A program made the position numbers and the translations under genes. Source: Fistulifera solaris (Eukaryota). From it: a stretch of 64,000 nt of DNA. Shown here in pieces: positions 61,886-64,000 of the stretch. The notes beneath the pieces are model-generated. The model was not told the DNA's origin, did no database searches, and saw only the letters and a list, made by a program, of their open reading frames with translations. How positions within the stretch are numbered: the stretch's first letter is position 1; every line of letters starts with the position of its first letter. The DNA lies in NCBI GenBank assembly GCA_030295235.1, contig AP026138.1, positions 186,001 to 250,000 on the forward strand, read 5' to 3'.

Positions 61886-64000
61886 ATGGATCCAATGGAA
61901 GAACTTTCTTATTCGGAAAACGTCGATGAGAGCGAAGAATGTAGTGAACGAATGTTCCACGGAAGTATTAAAATGAATGATATGTACGATGATGAAGAAG
62001 CTTACGATATGATGGATTATGGAGAGGTATCTCCTGAACCTATCGAAAGTGAAGTAATTTATGACGCTCCATTCGTTGACGCCGGTTTGGATCCGCTGTT
62101 TGAAGTGAGCGAAAATACGCTAAGTTACGACGAGGAAGGAACGACCGATCCCCAAACAATCCGGCCTAGTAGTCAACCTGGGAATTCGGCCGAACGAAAA
62201 TTTGCATCCAGTTTTTCTGGGGGAGGTTCCGAGCCATTTTCAATTTTACCGGGGCGAAAAGGAGATAACTTGCAGTCATCTCGGCAAGAGCCGCGTCGCC
62301 GGATAACTATATCGGGGCCTGGAAATAATGAAAGTGATCTTCCTTTACGATCGTCCCGACGTCGGAACCTTTACCGACCTTCTTTGACAGAATCTTTGGC
62401 GGACTCTTCCGTATCTTCCGATGGGAACGACAGTTCACGTCCAAAGTCACGCAATGCGACAGTCTTTGCGGTGAGTCGCATTTCGACACGCCGAAATACC
62501 TTGAAACGAGAAACGAGCAAAGACTCCTTAACAGCTGCTGTCGATCGTCTTGCGGAAAACAACAATGATTGGGAAAATGTGGCAGCGGCTGCCGCCGTCG
62601 TGGCCGCATCTACCCATACACTGGCCAAGCGGAGTCTTGTTCAGTTTGGTCGAGGCGACCACGTTCTGGTCATGCTGACTCTTCTTAATATTACCAATCA
62701 GCTCGATGATAAAGACATGTTTACGACAGATCCTGTCAACTGCTTCGGTTACGCCGCAGGCGAAGGCACCAATGAAGCTCAGAGACATGGGCCTTATAAG
62801 TATCTACTCTGTCAAGTACAAACGGTTCATTTCGACGAAGACGAGCGATATTATACAGTGACTCGAATGGATACTGGATCTCAACAACGAGCCGATCCGG
62901 GCTGGATGGAACCCATCAAGGACCCGCGGGCGATCGAAAGTGCCTTACGTGCCGCACGCCGGACTCCACGAACCCAAGACGCGCCGAAAGCAGAGACACC
63001 GGGGCTTTGTTTTTGGTTGGCCGTTTCACCGTTGCGCTTCTTGACCACAAAAGCGCTTCCTTTTTATAAGCACACGAAGCGATCCACGAAGCGGCTCGTG
63101 GAAAGTATTGTTCACGGCAAAGATGGATACGAACTTCGTTTCCGCTGTACGGCAATCAACTTTTTGGTTCTTTGCAGTTTGATTTATCTTTTCATCGACG
63201 TTGTTGCGCTGGCTTTCCTTTCTACTGAGACTGACTTTGCTGTCTCAGTTGTTGCATCGTAAGTTTTAGTGCGATGAATCTTTATTCCAGAAAAGAGTTA
63301 ACTGACTATTTTCAGGTTCGTTTGGGTCGTTCTACTTCTCGAACTCTTGTTTGAGTGCATGATCCGTCCTTCAAATTACTTTTCTCTTATAGAAACAGAC
63401 AAGGCCTATGCACCACTAACAGCGCGAAACATAAATAGGTTTCATCTTGGTTTTGAGCTCATTGCGTTGCTGATGTTCGTCCCATCAATGTTGTGCATCA
63501 TGACCGATTATTGTGAAGAGAATATATGGCTCAACGGTGTCGAGGCTGCTTTGAGCGCAGTCAAAAGTGAGAATGCTTGGCGAGCCGCAATAGGGAGATT
63601 TAATTTGAATCTGACATTTCTGCGATGCTTTGGGCTAGTAAGACATTGGAAACAAATGTGGATCGCACATACCCTCGAAGGCAAAGACAGCAGTCAAAAC
63701 AGTAAGTTGTCGATAGGCGAGATGGGCTACGTTCAATTCTTGACATCTAATGGCATTGTTGAAAGATTTTACTCGTAAATTGTTTCTCATGGACCATGAT
63801 CACGGTAAACGAGTTAAGAAACGCTTCAGCAAAGCGAAAGCGAACGAAGAGGTGAGTACAACCTTTTAATCTCTTGTGACTGTGCGACGCATAAGCAAAC
63901 TAAGTTTACGACATGTTGAAAAATAGGACGATGAGACAGAAATCACGGTTGATAAAGACGTCGAATTGAAATCACAATCGAAAGAAAATGATCAGCAGCT
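61886..64000 (+). CDS. Large multi-exon membrane protein, runs off the window (ion-transport-like TM region)
   Basis: Long ORF, intron 63259-63315 and further GT-AG introns; consecutive hydrophobic helices. Confidence 0.6.

Noticed and set aside
1..64000. tRNA, rRNA and snRNA genes
   Set aside because: No recognisable signature found by eye; a covariance search was not possible, so absence is not proven

Overview
Gene-dense eukaryotic nuclear DNA, almost certainly a diatom (inferred from short GT-AG introns, ASAF-type bipartite plastid presequences and diatom-type protein families; species not determinable here). About 27 protein genes: DUF4116-like repeat protein, PTOX, RPL23, calreticulin, NF-YC, threonine aldolase, HIG1, SCP/CTDSPL2 phosphatase, bZIP, cullin-4-like, thioesterase, glyoxalase-like, N-acetylglutamate synthase, proteasome beta-7, NFU, SLC38-type transporter, ATG5, mitochondrial carrier, condensin CAP-D2 and several unknowns. 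Mobile DNA: a 5.86 kb Mutator/MULE element (130 bp perfect TIRs, 9 bp TSD) encoding a DDE transposase, SWIM and CCHC fingers and a Ulp1-type protease, plus two short hAT-like non-autonomous elements. Many essential genes carry single-base frameshifts in homopolymers, which points to long-read assembly errors rather than pseudogenes. The main unexplained signals are six same-orientation copies of a composite motif (GTGGTCAAnrAGTTG followed by GTCGA-N4-CCAGG, two with hairpins) in the 2.4 kb gene-free interval at 8.7-11.1 kb, a plastid-targeted protein built from four 'VDLSIPYDAAA' repeats, and a large protein with four novel Cys/His modules.
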